A DNA stretch of 57,445 bases from a virus (IMGVR_UViG_3300033182_001174:1-57445); one strand, 5' to 3'; shown: positions 47,778 through 56,961, counted from the stretch's first letter. Notes: a model not told the origin generated them from the sequence alone. Made by a program: numbers and translations.

Positions 47778-48206
47778 ATGGCACATTTCGCTCAATTAGA
47801 CGAAAATAATGTCGTTACTCAAGTGATTGTTGTGAGTAACGATGATACATCAGATTCTAATGGTGTAGAAACTGAAAGCATTGGTGTTGCTTTCTGTCAA
47901 AAACTCCTTGGTGCTGATACCAACTGGAAGCAAACCTCATATAACAACAACTTCCGTGTGAGATACGCAGGTATTGGATACAGTTTTTCAGAAGAACTAA
48001 ATGCATTTATTCCACCACGCCCATTTGATAGTTGGGAACTTCAAGAGGAAACCGCAGATTGGCAGTCCCCTCTTGGACCTGCTCCAGAATTAACTCAAGA
48101 ACAGATTGATTCTAGAAGTTTCTACAGATGGGATGAGGATGCATATCAAGCCGATAACACCACCGGATGGGTTCTAGAAACCCCTCCAGCGCCCGAAGAG
48201 GAGTGA
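47778..48206 (+). CDS. Conserved protein accompanying Gly-rich fibres
   Basis: MAHFAQLDENNVVTQVIVV, WKQTSYN..FR.RYAGIGY. Confidence 0.75.
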   Translation: MAHFAQLDENNVVTQVIVVSNDDTSDSNGVETESIGVAFCQKLLGADTNWKQTSYNNNFRVRYAGIGYSFSEELNAFIPPRPFDSWELQEETADWQSPLGPAPELTQEQIDSRSFYRWDEDAYQADNTTGWVLETPPAPEEE

Positions 48207-48279
48207 TAAATAACTATTCCTGAATGGGTAGCACTTTTCAGGTGGGAGGGGCAGAAATGCTCCTTTTTTAGTATAAATA
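48207..48279 (+). ncRNA. Late promoter + small stem-loop RNA + terminator + second late promoter (cassette 1)
   Basis: TAAATA; CCTGAA-TGGGTAGCACTT-TTCAGG; GGAGGGGCA-GAAA-TGCTCCTTT and T-tract; TATAAATA. Confidence 0.65.
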
Positions 48280-48304
48280 TATCTGTCACCTGTTTAGAGT
48301 AGAA

Positions 48305-48985
48305 ATGTATTACGTTTATTCGTATTTAAGAGAAGATTATAGTCCTTATTATATTGGAAAAGGTTCTGGCAGAAGAGCATATACAAAAGGACTAAAGGAA
48401 GTTAAACCACCAAAAGACAAATCAAGAGTTAGAATACTCAAAGCAGATTTAGCAGAAAAAGAGGCATTTCTGTTAGAGAAACTTTATATTCTAATGTTCG
48501 GTAGAATTGATTTAGGTACTGGTATTTTAAGAAACAAAAGTGATGGTGGTGATGGTGCTTCTGGTGCAGTAAGAAGTGAAGAGACCAAAGAAAAAATCCG
48601 TCAAGCAAATCTTGGTAAGCAGAGACCTAAAGAAGTTGGAGAAAAGATATCAAAGGCATTATCTGGTAGAAAACTATCAGAAGAGATGAAAGTGAAATTA
48701 AGTGCAATTCGTAAAGGTAGAAAATGTACAGAGGAACATAAGAAAAATGTGAGTGAAGCAAAGAAAGGATTTAAGCATACTGAAGAAGCAAAAAAATTAA
48801 TGGGCATCAATCAACGTAAAAAAGCAAAACCCCATAAACTTATTTTTGTTGATGGTAGAGAATTAATTGTTGATAATATTATGGAATGGTGTGAAACTAA
48901 TCCTTATTCTGATAGTTGTGTTTATCGTGTTAAGAATAGGGGTATTCCTCATAAAGACATTATAAAAGTAGAACTTGTAAATTGA
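48305..48985 (+). mobile_element. GIY-YIG-like (Seg-type) homing endonuclease with NUMOD3 repeats
   Basis: YYVYSY..PYYIGKG, LRNKSDGG, EETKEKIR / HTEEAKK repeats. Confidence 0.85.
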
Positions 48986-49010
48986 CACTCTCTCATAACT
49001 CATATATAAT
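48982..49010 (+). promoter_or_regulatory. Sigma70-type promoter
   Basis: Perfect TTGACA-17 bp-TATAAT. Confidence 0.88.
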
Positions 49011-49040
49011 ATCGTTGAACACATAATAGGAGATTGAACT

Positions 49041-49661
49041 TTGGCTTTTCAGAGCATATGGTTTTTCAGTGACCTCCCAGAAGATATTGTAGATATCATC
49101 GAGAGGGACGTATCTGAAACTTTTGATGAACAAATGGCAGACTCCAGGTTGCACGGAGATGCCCTAAACAAAGATAAAAGAAACTCACAGAATGCTTGGA
49201 TTCCAACGACTCACTGGGTTGGTGGTTTCTTGTGGCACTATATTCAACGTGCAAATCGTGAGAACTTCCTTTATGATCTGCGGTGTATTGATGGAGAATC
49301 AATGCAATACACCCGATATGGTGAAGGTCAGTTCTACGGATGGCATAATGATGCTGGACTTGCGACACAATACAAACCAGTAGCAGTTGGTAATCGTGTT
49401 GATGGTCTGGGACAGGACTTTGTGAATGAGAATATTGAGATGGTTCGTAAACTGTCTTTTGCGATGCAACTCTCTGACCCCGATGATTATGAAGGTGGTA
49501 ACCTGCAACTTCTTGATGAAGCAGGTAACTCTTATATTGCTCCCCGTAAACGTGGTACGATTGTATTGTTTGACTCCCGCACACAACACCGAGTTCTCAA
49601 GGTAACAAAAGGAACCCGTAAGAGTATTGTTGGATGGGTAGTAGGAAAAAGATGGTCTTAA
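49041..49661 (+). CDS. 2OG-Fe(II) oxygenase (PKHD-type)
   Basis: YGWHND, RKLS, YEGG, FDSRTQHRV..VTKGTRKSIVGW. Confidence 0.92.
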   Translation: MAFQSIWFFSDLPEDIVDIIERDVSETFDEQMADSRLHGDALNKDKRNSQNAWIPTTHWVGGFLWHYIQRANRENFLYDLRCIDGESMQYTRYGEGQFYGWHNDAGLATQYKPVAVGNRVDGLGQDFVNENIEMVRKLSFAMQLSDPDDYEGGNLQLLDEAGNSYIAPRKRGTIVLFDSRTQHRVLKVTKGTRKSIVGWVVGKRWS

Positions 49662-49709
49662 ACTACGGTGGAGGTAATATAAATAGTTCCACCGTTGTCC
49701 AATAAAAAC

Positions 49710-50375
49710 ATGGAAAATCATTATGTTTATTATTCTTATGAGGAGTTTGGAAGAGGTTACATAGGTTGTAGAACTTGTGAGGCATCTCCAGAAAAAGATA
49801 GTTATATGGGTTCATTTCATGATGAATCTTTTAATCCTTCTCATAAAATAATTCTTAAAACTTTCCCCACAAGGAAAGAAGCTCTTCAAGCAGAAGTTAA
49901 TCTCCATGAGTTTTATCAGGTAGATAAAAATCCACATTTTGCAAACAAATCAAAGCAAAAAACAACAGGATTTTACTACTCAGAGAAAAAGTTTGGTAAA
50001 GAAAATCCATTTTATGGAAAATCTCACTCAGAAGAAACAAAAAAAGTTATTCGCCAACATCAAATAGAAAACAATGGATATGTAAAGAATCGTAGATCTT
50101 ATGAAGGGGAAAACAACCCATTTTATGGAAAAACCCACTCAGAAGAAACAAAAGAACTTCTTAAAGAAAAATCTACTAAAACTTGGGAAGATAAACCTCA
50201 TCCTTGGATAGGTAGAAAACATAGTGAAGAATCTAAAGCAAAGTTTAGAGAAAATAACAAGGGAGAAAAGAATCCAAACTTCGGCAAAAAACATAGTGAG
50301 GAAACACTTATCAAAATGAAAGAAGCAAGAAAACTTTGGTGGGAAAAGAAACGCCAACAACAATCGGAGGCATAA
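49710..50375 (+). mobile_element. GIY-YIG-like homing endonuclease with NUMOD3 repeats
   Basis: YVYYS..RGYIG, YMGS; NPFYGKSHSEET repeats. Confidence 0.85.
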
Positions 50376-50378
50376 ATT

Positions 50379-51116
50379 ATGGCAGAACAAATGACAGAAC
50401 TGCAACTGATGATGCAGGAGAAGACCAATACAGGAACTGCCTGGACACGCAATGATAGTTTTGAAAAGAATGGATATCTTGTAGTTAAAAACCTCTGGGA
50501 TCCTGAAGAACTTTATCATCCAGTCCCCGAAGAGAAAGGTCAGTACAACTATTGGGATAAGAACCCTGAACACTTTAATCATGTTCCCGTTGAGCAACAG
50601 GTAGAAGGTTCTACTTCACGATATTGGCACCCACAATATCGTGCGATTCACTCTGGTATTCGTATGAAACTAGAAGAACATCTGGGTCGTAAACTTTATA
50701 ATACCTATTACTATGATAGGTTCTACTATCCTGGACAGGAATTGACGAAACATGCTGATCGTGATGCATGTGAGATTTCTGTGACTGTTCATGTCAGCAC
50801 CAATCTAGAAGGTAAAGATAAAGATTGGCCGATCTGGATTAAAACTCCCGATACTTACACTGATAAGAAGAAGACAACTGTCCTTGTTCCTGGTGAGAAT
50901 CGTTCGGTCGTTCTTCAACCTGGTGATGGCATGATCTACAAAGGATGTGAAAGACCACACTGGCGTGATAAGATGCCTGGATCTCAAAAGAAGAAGAACA
51001 AGAAACTGTTTGGTAAGAAAACTTCTGATACTGAACTTTATTATCATCAGATCTTTTTTCATTATTGCTTGCAAGACGGTCAAAGAGCACACTGTGCATG
51101 GGATAGAGCACGATAA
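50379..51116 (+). CDS. 2OG-Fe(II) oxygenase-like protein
   Basis: LTKHADRDACEISVT, PGDGMIYKGC..PHWR, QIFFHY. Confidence 0.82.
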   Translation: MAEQMTELQLMMQEKTNTGTAWTRNDSFEKNGYLVVKNLWDPEELYHPVPEEKGQYNYWDKNPEHFNHVPVEQQVEGSTSRYWHPQYRAIHSGIRMKLEEHLGRKLYNTYYYDRFYYPGQELTKHADRDACEISVTVHVSTNLEGKDKDWPIWIKTPDTYTDKKKTTVLVPGENRSVVLQPGDGMIYKGCERPHWRDKMPGSQKKKNKKLFGKKTSDTELYYHQIFFHYCLQDGQRAHCAWDRAR

Positions 51117-51211
51117 ATACTAATACCTGATTGGGTTGCACTTTTCAGGAGGAGGGTGAAAGTCCCTCCTTTTTAATGTGATATAATAAATAATAATGCA
51201 ACCCAAATCAG
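51114..51211 (+). ncRNA. Late promoter + antisense stem-loop RNA + terminator + second late promoter/leader (cassette 2)
   Basis: CTGATTGGGTTGCA (51127-51140) complementary to leader TGCAACCCAAATCAG (51197-51211). Confidence 0.7.
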
Positions 51212-51218
51212 TAAAGAA

Positions 51219-51800
51219 ATGTATTACACTTACGCTTATCTGCGTGAAGACGGAACTCCTTATTATATTGGAAAAGGTAGTGGGGATAGAATTAATAAAC
51301 CTCACGGTAGACCTTGCAGCAAACCACCATTAAATAGAAGAATAAAGTTAAAAACAAATCTCACCGAAAAAGAAGCATTTAGACACGAAATCTATATGAT
51401 TGCTGTTTTCGGAAGAAAAGATTTAGGAACGGGTATTCTTTACAATAAAAGTAATGGTGGCGAAGGAAACTCTGGTCTTATAATGTCGCAGGAAAGTAGA
51501 GAAAAGATGAGTAGGGTTGGTAAAGGAAAAAAGAAACCACCAGGACATGGTGAGGCAGTCAGTAGGGCAAGAAAAGGAAAACCAAGTCCTTTAAGAAACA
51601 GAACATTAACAGAAGAACATAAGAGAAAAATTGGTAACTCTCATGCCAAAACATTTCATTTTATAAACCCAGAGGGAGAACTGATAGAAATAAAGGATTT
51701 GCAAAATTACTGCAAAGATAATAAACTATCAAGAGGTTATTTTTATAAACTTATGAGAGGAGAAAGAAATGAGTATCGTGGTTGGAGATTACCGGAATGA
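51219..51800 (+). mobile_element. GIY-YIG-like homing endonuclease
   Basis: YYTYAYLREDGTPYYIGKG, LYNKSNGG. Confidence 0.85.
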
Positions 51801-52348
51801 AAGCACCACTTTTTGAATATCCATCATATCAATATCAAATAGACGATTGGTCGTTTAAACGCAAAGGACTCCTCAAAAGAATCAACTCTCAGAAGTTTGT
51901 AAGAACCACTCTGCAAACTTTTGAGACAGATCGTCAAACAAATCGCAAAAGTTATCTTCATTACTTCCAAGACCTCATTCGCCCACAACTCTTTGAGTTT
52001 TGTCAAGAAGCCCAAGTTACTTGTAGTATGACAGATTGTTGGGCAGTTCGTTATCAGAAGGGTGACCAACAGACCATACATAACCACAGAAGTTGGGGAT
52101 TTACTGGTATTCTTTATGTTGACTTTGATCCTAAAGTTCATACTCCTACCTGTTTTGTAGCACCATGGCAAGATCCTAGAAGTGATACAACATCTCTTGC
52201 ATATCCACAGAATGTAAAAGAAGGAACAATCTTTATCTCTCCATCTTATACATTACATTTTGTGCATCCCAATCAAGTAAGAAAATATAGAACGATTATA
52301 TCTTTTGATCTTCTTCCCAAACTTCCAGATCACCAGTCAGTGGACTGA
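51797..52348 (+). CDS. 2OG-Fe(II) oxygenase-like protein
   Basis: W...YQKGD..HNH, GILY, PS..LHFV.PN...R.IISF. Confidence 0.82.
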   Translation: MKAPLFEYPSYQYQIDDWSFKRKGLLKRINSQKFVRTTLQTFETDRQTNRKSYLHYFQDLIRPQLFEFCQEAQVTCSMTDCWAVRYQKGDQQTIHNHRSWGFTGILYVDFDPKVHTPTCFVAPWQDPRSDTTSLAYPQNVKEGTIFISPSYTLHFVHPNQVRKYRTIISFDLLPKLPDHQSVD

Positions 52349-52361
52349 GTGGTCTTTTTTT
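52327..52361 (+). terminator. Rho-independent terminator
   Basis: AGATCACCAGTC-AGTG-GACTGAGTGGTCT followed by a T-tract. Confidence 0.65.
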
Positions 52362-52392
52362 ATGTGCTAAATAACTAGAAAGAAGTTGTGCA

Positions 52393-52797
52393 ATGACGAG
52401 AGCACGGAGTTTAGCAAGATTAGCTAATTCAAATGCATTTACTGTTAGTACTGACTTAAATGTCGGTGTTAATTCAACTTCTCCTGTTGAAAAACTGAAC
52501 GTCGTTGGTGTTGTCAGTGCAACTAGTTTTTATGGTGATGGTAGTGAACTGAGTGGAGTTACTGGACTGGGAACTGCATTATCCAATTCTGGTCCTACAA
52601 ATTTCTTTTACTACGTAAACAATGATCTCAATATCACAGAAACCACCACACTTGATGTGCCTAGCAGTGCAACATTAAGTGCCGATGGGTTCCGTGTTGC
52701 ATATACAAACTATTCAAATATCATCGTTGATGATAGTTATGACTTAATTATTTCTGATGGTGATGAATTAGTTCCTGATGTTTTATCTTTATCATAA
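52393..52797 (+). CDS. Fibre-associated structural protein
   Basis: Late promoter at 52368; VSATSFYGDGSELSG motif. Confidence 0.7.
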   Translation: MTRARSLARLANSNAFTVSTDLNVGVNSTSPVEKLNVVGVVSATSFYGDGSELSGVTGLGTALSNSGPTNFFYYVNNDLNITETTTLDVPSSATLSADGFRVAYTNYSNIIVDDSYDLIISDGDELVPDVLSLS

Positions 52798-52827
52798 TCT
52801 ATAAATAAGTAAAAAGATCCTAGAGTA

Positions 52828-53643
52828 ATGTCAAGAATTAGAGCCGACAAATTTGTAGATAGGGCAGCGACTGGTGCTCCAGAGGTTACCTATGGTATTG
52901 AAGTTCCTGTTGGATATGGAGTCACTGGTGATGGTGGTATTAACATTGCTGGTGTTGTCACTGCTGCAAGTTTTTCAGGTGCTGCCACTGGATTATCTGG
53001 CACTCCAGACATCACTGTTAGAAATATTGTTGGTGTTGCTGCTACTTTTAGTGGAACTGTTTCTTATGAGGATGTAACTAATATTGATGCAGTTGGAATC
53101 GTTACCTCACAATCTGGAGTTAGAGTTGTCGGTGGTGGATTATCAGTCACCAGTGGGGCATCAAGATTTAGAGGTGTTATTGAAAACGTTGCTGTTGCAT
53201 CAACCCACTTAAGTGGTGCAGGAATGGTGCTTGAAATGGATGTTGCAGAAGCAACTACATTTACATTTGGGAATACTGGTGGTAATATCGGTATTATTTC
53301 ATTCAGAAATATGCCTGCAGATGAGGCAAATGGAACAACAATTACTCTAATTCATACGCAAAATTCTTCAACACCTTCGGGAGTCGGCAACACAACTGCT
53401 GCGACAGGTATTGGAACATATATTCACATTTCACCTACTGTGGGTGGAACAATTCAGACAGGAATTGACACAACAGGTAATATTGGATCTGCGTCTACTG
53501 TAACATTATCTGAAACTGCATCAGATAAGGATTTTGTTTCATTCTTTATTCATTACACTGGTGGTGGTGCAGGAGTTGCAACATGTTTCCAAACTTACGT
53601 CACTAAGAACGGTAACTTCCGTCAGGGCAACATAGGTGTTTGA
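52828..53643 (+). CDS. Tail fibre protein
   Basis: MSRIRAD, SYEDVTNIDAVGIVT; paralogous to 44692-45477. Confidence 0.7.
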   Translation: MSRIRADKFVDRAATGAPEVTYGIEVPVGYGVTGDGGINIAGVVTAASFSGAATGLSGTPDITVRNIVGVAATFSGTVSYEDVTNIDAVGIVTSQSGVRVVGGGLSVTSGASRFRGVIENVAVASTHLSGAGMVLEMDVAEATTFTFGNTGGNIGIISFRNMPADEANGTTITLIHTQNSSTPSGVGNTTAATGIGTYIHISPTVGGTIQTGIDTTGNIGSASTVTLSETASDKDFVSFFIHYTGGGAGVATCFQTYVTKNGNFRQGNIGV

Positions 53644-53658
53644 TAGGAGGTAACTAGG

Positions 53659-54762
53659 ATGAGTATTTTTAAAGATTTTTTTGTAAAACAAAAACCAGTA
53701 TTTACTGGACTTAAATTTGGTTTTGGTGCTGGTGGTGGTGGTGCGGGAGGTCCTGCACCAATCAGTGCTTCAGGTGGTAACATTGCTGATGCACTAGAAC
53801 CAGGAAATGGATATAAGTACCATACATTTGGAACACCAGGCACTTTTACTGTTACTGGTGGACCAAACACAATTGAGGTATTAGTTGTTGCTGGTGGAGG
53901 TGGTGGATCAAAAGCTAATAATATCGCTTCTGGTGGTGCTGGTGCTGGTGGTGTTGTTCATGCTACATCCTACGTTGTAACAGCAGGAACGTATGATGTA
54001 TCAGTTGGTGATGGTGGGGCAGGTGGTGATGGCACCACCACTGCTGGATCCAATGGAGGGGATTCATATTTTGGAGCAGCACCAGTAAGAATAACTGCAA
54101 AAGGTGGTGGTGGTACTGGACTTTGGCCTGGAACCGGTGCGAGCACTGGTGGATCAGGTGGTGGTGGAACAGGAACCACTGCAACTTACCCATGGCCAGC
54201 AGCAGTAATTGCTGGAAAAGCAGCAACCCAAGGGGATGAAACTCACCCAGGAGCACCAGGAACTATCACTAATTACGGAAACCCAGGTGGAAATGGTGGT
54301 GGTGGTGATGCTGCTGGTGGTGGAGCACCCGATGCTTATCTGTCTGGTGGTGCCGGTGGTGGTGCTGGTACTGCTGGTGATAATGGTGGGGGCGACGGCA
54401 CCAGACCTAACGGTGGTGATGGACAACCATTCCCACAATTTGCATATCCATTATGTTTCCCTTCACCATATCTTCCAGGATTTGCTACACCAAGTACTCC
54501 AATTGCTGGATATACAGCTTCACCTACTTCTGATCATTATGGTGGTGGTGGAGGTGGCGGTAAGCACCGTGCTGGCAGCGGAAATGCTCAAACAGGCACT
54601 GGTGCGGGTGGCATCGGCGGTGGTGGCGGTGGAGGTAATGGTCAACCAACTCATTCTTTTAGTGGATTAGATTATCTTGGTGGTGGTGCAGGAGACTCAG
54701 CAGGATATGAGACCACCGCACGCACTGGTGGAAAAGGTGTTGTTATTGTAAGATACACATAG
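53659..54762 (+). CDS. Glycine-rich fibre/receptor-binding protein
   Basis: ASGG..YKYHTF..VVAGGGGG..GGKGVVIVRY. Confidence 0.78.
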   Translation: MSIFKDFFVKQKPVFTGLKFGFGAGGGGAGGPAPISASGGNIADALEPGNGYKYHTFGTPGTFTVTGGPNTIEVLVVAGGGGGSKANNIASGGAGAGGVVHATSYVVTAGTYDVSVGDGGAGGDGTTTAGSNGGDSYFGAAPVRITAKGGGGTGLWPGTGASTGGSGGGGTGTTATYPWPAAVIAGKAATQGDETHPGAPGTITNYGNPGGNGGGGDAAGGGAPDAYLSGGAGGGAGTAGDNGGGDGTRPNGGDGQPFPQFAYPLCFPSPYLPGFATPSTPIAGYTASPTSDHYGGGGGGGKHRAGSGNAQTGTGAGGIGGGGGGGNGQPTHSFSGLDYLGGGAGDSAGYETTARTGGKGVVIVRYT

Positions 54763-54781
54763 TAATTAAATTATTTTTACA

Positions 54782-55288
54782 ATGGAATTGAATATTATTG
54801 ATGATTTTTTATCACATGAAGATCATCGTCAACTAAAAAATTTAATAGTGTTTAACCAAAACTTCCCTTTGCATTTTCAGAGAGAAGTTTCTGGTGAGAA
54901 GGTAAAACGTGAAAATTGGGATTGGTATGCTACTCATACCTTTTATCACCAAGATCATCCATGCAGCCCATATGCGAATGACATTTGTAATTACTTTATT
55001 CCTAAGTTTGTGAAAATGGATATTTTTAAATCTCTGATGAGAATTAGAGTTAATTTTTATCCATACACCAATGAAATAAAAGAACATGAACCACATATTG
55101 ACTACAAGTTTTCACACCATGCTGCAATTTATTGTTTAAATACTTGTGATGGTTTTACAAGGATAGGTAGAGAAAAAGTTAAGAGTGTTGCTAACAGAAT
55201 GTATTTCTTTGATGGAAGTGTAGAACACAATTCATCAACAACATCAGATAATGCGGGAAGATACAATATAAACTTTAACTTCTTGTAG
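54782..55288 (+). CDS. 2OG-Fe(II) oxygenase-like protein
   Basis: IIDDFL, HID, NTCDG, NRM.FFDG..EHNS, RYNINFN. Confidence 0.82.
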   Translation: MELNIIDDFLSHEDHRQLKNLIVFNQNFPLHFQREVSGEKVKRENWDWYATHTFYHQDHPCSPYANDICNYFIPKFVKMDIFKSLMRIRVNFYPYTNEIKEHEPHIDYKFSHHAAIYCLNTCDGFTRIGREKVKSVANRMYFFDGSVEHNSSTTSDNAGRYNINFNFL

Positions 55289-55368
55289 ACACTCCATAAA
55301 CCGTCCACTGAGCCTCACAGAACCCTCTGTGAGGTTTTATAGTATCTGCATACAACACACAGGGGGGT

Positions 55369-55467
55369 ATGACTGCCACTCACAAGTTAATCTTCATTGC
55401 ATCGTTCTTCTGGTTCATGAACTGGGCTCAAAGAATTTGTTATCTTGTATTTTCAAATGTTCTCTAA
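55369..55467 (+). CDS. Small hydrophobic peptide
   Basis: 32 aa MTATHKLIFIASFFWFMNW...; GGGGGG RBS and TATAGT -10 at 55338. Confidence 0.55.
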   Translation: MTATHKLIFIASFFWFMNWAQRICYLVFSNVL

Positions 55468-55551
55468 ATACAGATGCTTGACTGTGGTTATTCAAGCAAG
55501 GGGGGGTGGAAACACCCTCCACCATAAATAATACATACCACAGTCAAAGCA
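55465..55551 (+). ncRNA. Late promoter + antisense stem-loop RNA + hairpin + second late promoter/leader (cassette 3)
   Basis: TGCTTGACTGTGGT (55475-55488) complementary to leader ACCACAGTCAAAGCA. Confidence 0.7.
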
Positions 55552-55553
55552 GT

Positions 55554-56120
55554 ATGAATAACTATTATACTTACGCTTATTTGCGTGAGGATGGAACTCC
55601 TTATTACATCGGCAAGGGTGTCGGAAGGAGAGTCCATCATAAAAATCACTGTTTACCAATTCCCCCTAAAGATAGGATATTGATGCTTAAGCAGAACCTT
55701 TCAGAGGATGATGCGTTCAAACATGAAATCTATATGATTAGTGTGCTTGGACGTAAAGATAAGGGAACAGGTATGCTAAGAAATCTTACAGATGGTGGAG
55801 AAGGAACATCCGGCAACATACTGTCAGATGAAACTAAAAGAAAAATAGGAACAGCAAACAGTGGACAGAACAACGGAATGTATGGAAAGTCCGGCGAGAG
55901 CAACCCCTTCTATGGGAAACATCACACAGATGATTTCAAACAGCAAAAAAGTAGGGAGGTAAAAGAGCACTGGAAAAAGAACCCTCACCCCTGGATAGGT
56001 AGAAAGCACTCCCCAGAAACCATTGAAAAAATTAGACAGACAAAACTTGGTAGAAAACTCTCCCCAGAACATAAGGAGAAAATAAGACAGTCTATGTTGA
56101 AACGCAATGCTCTATCTTGA
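55554..56120 (+). mobile_element. GIY-YIG-like homing endonuclease with NUMOD3 repeats
   Basis: YYTYAYLREDGTPYYIGKG, LRNLTDGGEG, NPFYGKHH, GRKHSPET. Confidence 0.85.
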
Positions 56121-56173
56121 CATCACCGGAAAGGCGTCTAAAAGACGCTGTAAGGACATCATTCCCTAATCGC

Positions 56174-56202
56174 TTGACAAGTTCTAAAAAACCCTGTATA
56201 AT
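56174..56202 (+). promoter_or_regulatory. Sigma70-type promoter
   Basis: Perfect TTGACA-17 bp-TATAAT. Confidence 0.88.
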
Positions 56203-56227
56203 TACCTTTGTGGAGGTTGATCAAACC

Positions 56228-56434
56228 ATGGCTATTAAAACTAAAAAAGAACTCATTAATGTCTCTCCAAAAACTAAACGTGCCCGAAACAGATTCTGTA
56301 ATCAAATGGATTCTTTACACGCATGTGTAGTAGAACAACGTAAAGATGGAAAACTATTTCTTGCTTCTATCTCTGGTAAATACTTCTTTTGGATGAATGA
56401 ATCATCCGACGATCACTGGGAGATTGTAAAATGA
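56228..56434 (+). CDS. Conserved cyanophage hypothetical protein
   Basis: GGAGG RBS; ARNRF.NQMD.LHAC.VEQ. Confidence 0.75.
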   Translation: MAIKTKKELINVSPKTKRARNRFCNQMDSLHACVVEQRKDGKLFLASISGKYFFWMNESSDDHWEIVK

Positions 56435-56628
56435 AAGATCAGAACAACATCGAAGATAATGAAAGTAAGCAAGACAAATGGAATCGTGGTCTTGATATTT
56501 TCATTGAATCTGTAATCAAACCTGATCCTGCTTTACGACAGTGTGCCCACAATCAGTTGTGTTATCATGAATTGATGGATGTTCGTCAGGATGTTCTTGA
56601 TTATCTTAAAACCAAAAGATGGAACTAA
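56431..56628 (+). CDS. Conserved hypothetical protein
   Basis: KWNRGLDIFIESV.KPD..LRQCAHNQ. Confidence 0.75.
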   Translation: MKDQNNIEDNESKQDKWNRGLDIFIESVIKPDPALRQCAHNQLCYHELMDVRQDVLDYLKTKRWN

Positions 56629-56837
56629 TTAAACCTAACGATCCACAGTATTTTACACTTTCATCTGATGAACCTTATGATCGTCATCACTACAAAGTGA
56701 CCAGTAAATCTGGTGATATTATTACTGTGGATAATTGGGAAGATTTGAGAACTATTTGGTGGAACAAAAAAGCATTTCTTTCACATGTAGAAGTCATTGA
56801 CAAACCAAAAGCAAAACAATCCAGAGGATTTCAATAG
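56619..56837 (+). CDS. Hypothetical protein
   Basis: Overlapping ORF; PYDRHHYK motif. Confidence 0.7.
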   Translation: MELIKPNDPQYFTLSSDEPYDRHHYKVTSKSGDIITVDNWEDLRTIWWNKKAFLSHVEVIDKPKAKQSRGFQ

Positions 56838-56961
56838 AATACCTTATGTTCTATCACTCTTGGTTGTAATTTTCTCTTGTATCTGTGTTATAGTGGCAGG
56901 ATACATACATGGAAACATGCATGTTAGTGCTGTTTACAAGTCCCTCACTAATTTCACATGA
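56797..56961 (+). CDS. Small membrane protein
   Basis: 54 aa, TTG start, TM segment followed by AGYIHGNMH (not in the ORF track). Confidence 0.55.
   Translation: MTNQKQNNPEDFNRIPYVLSLLVVIFSCICVIVAGYIHGNMHVSAVYKSLTNFT

Noticed and set aside
48207-51800. Group I introns housing the endonucleases
   Set aside because: Flanking genes appear complete, and the short intergenic spaces cannot hold an intron core
56117-56227. N-terminal extension of the 56117-56434 ORF
   Set aside because: It spans a consensus promoter; the RBS supports ATG 56228
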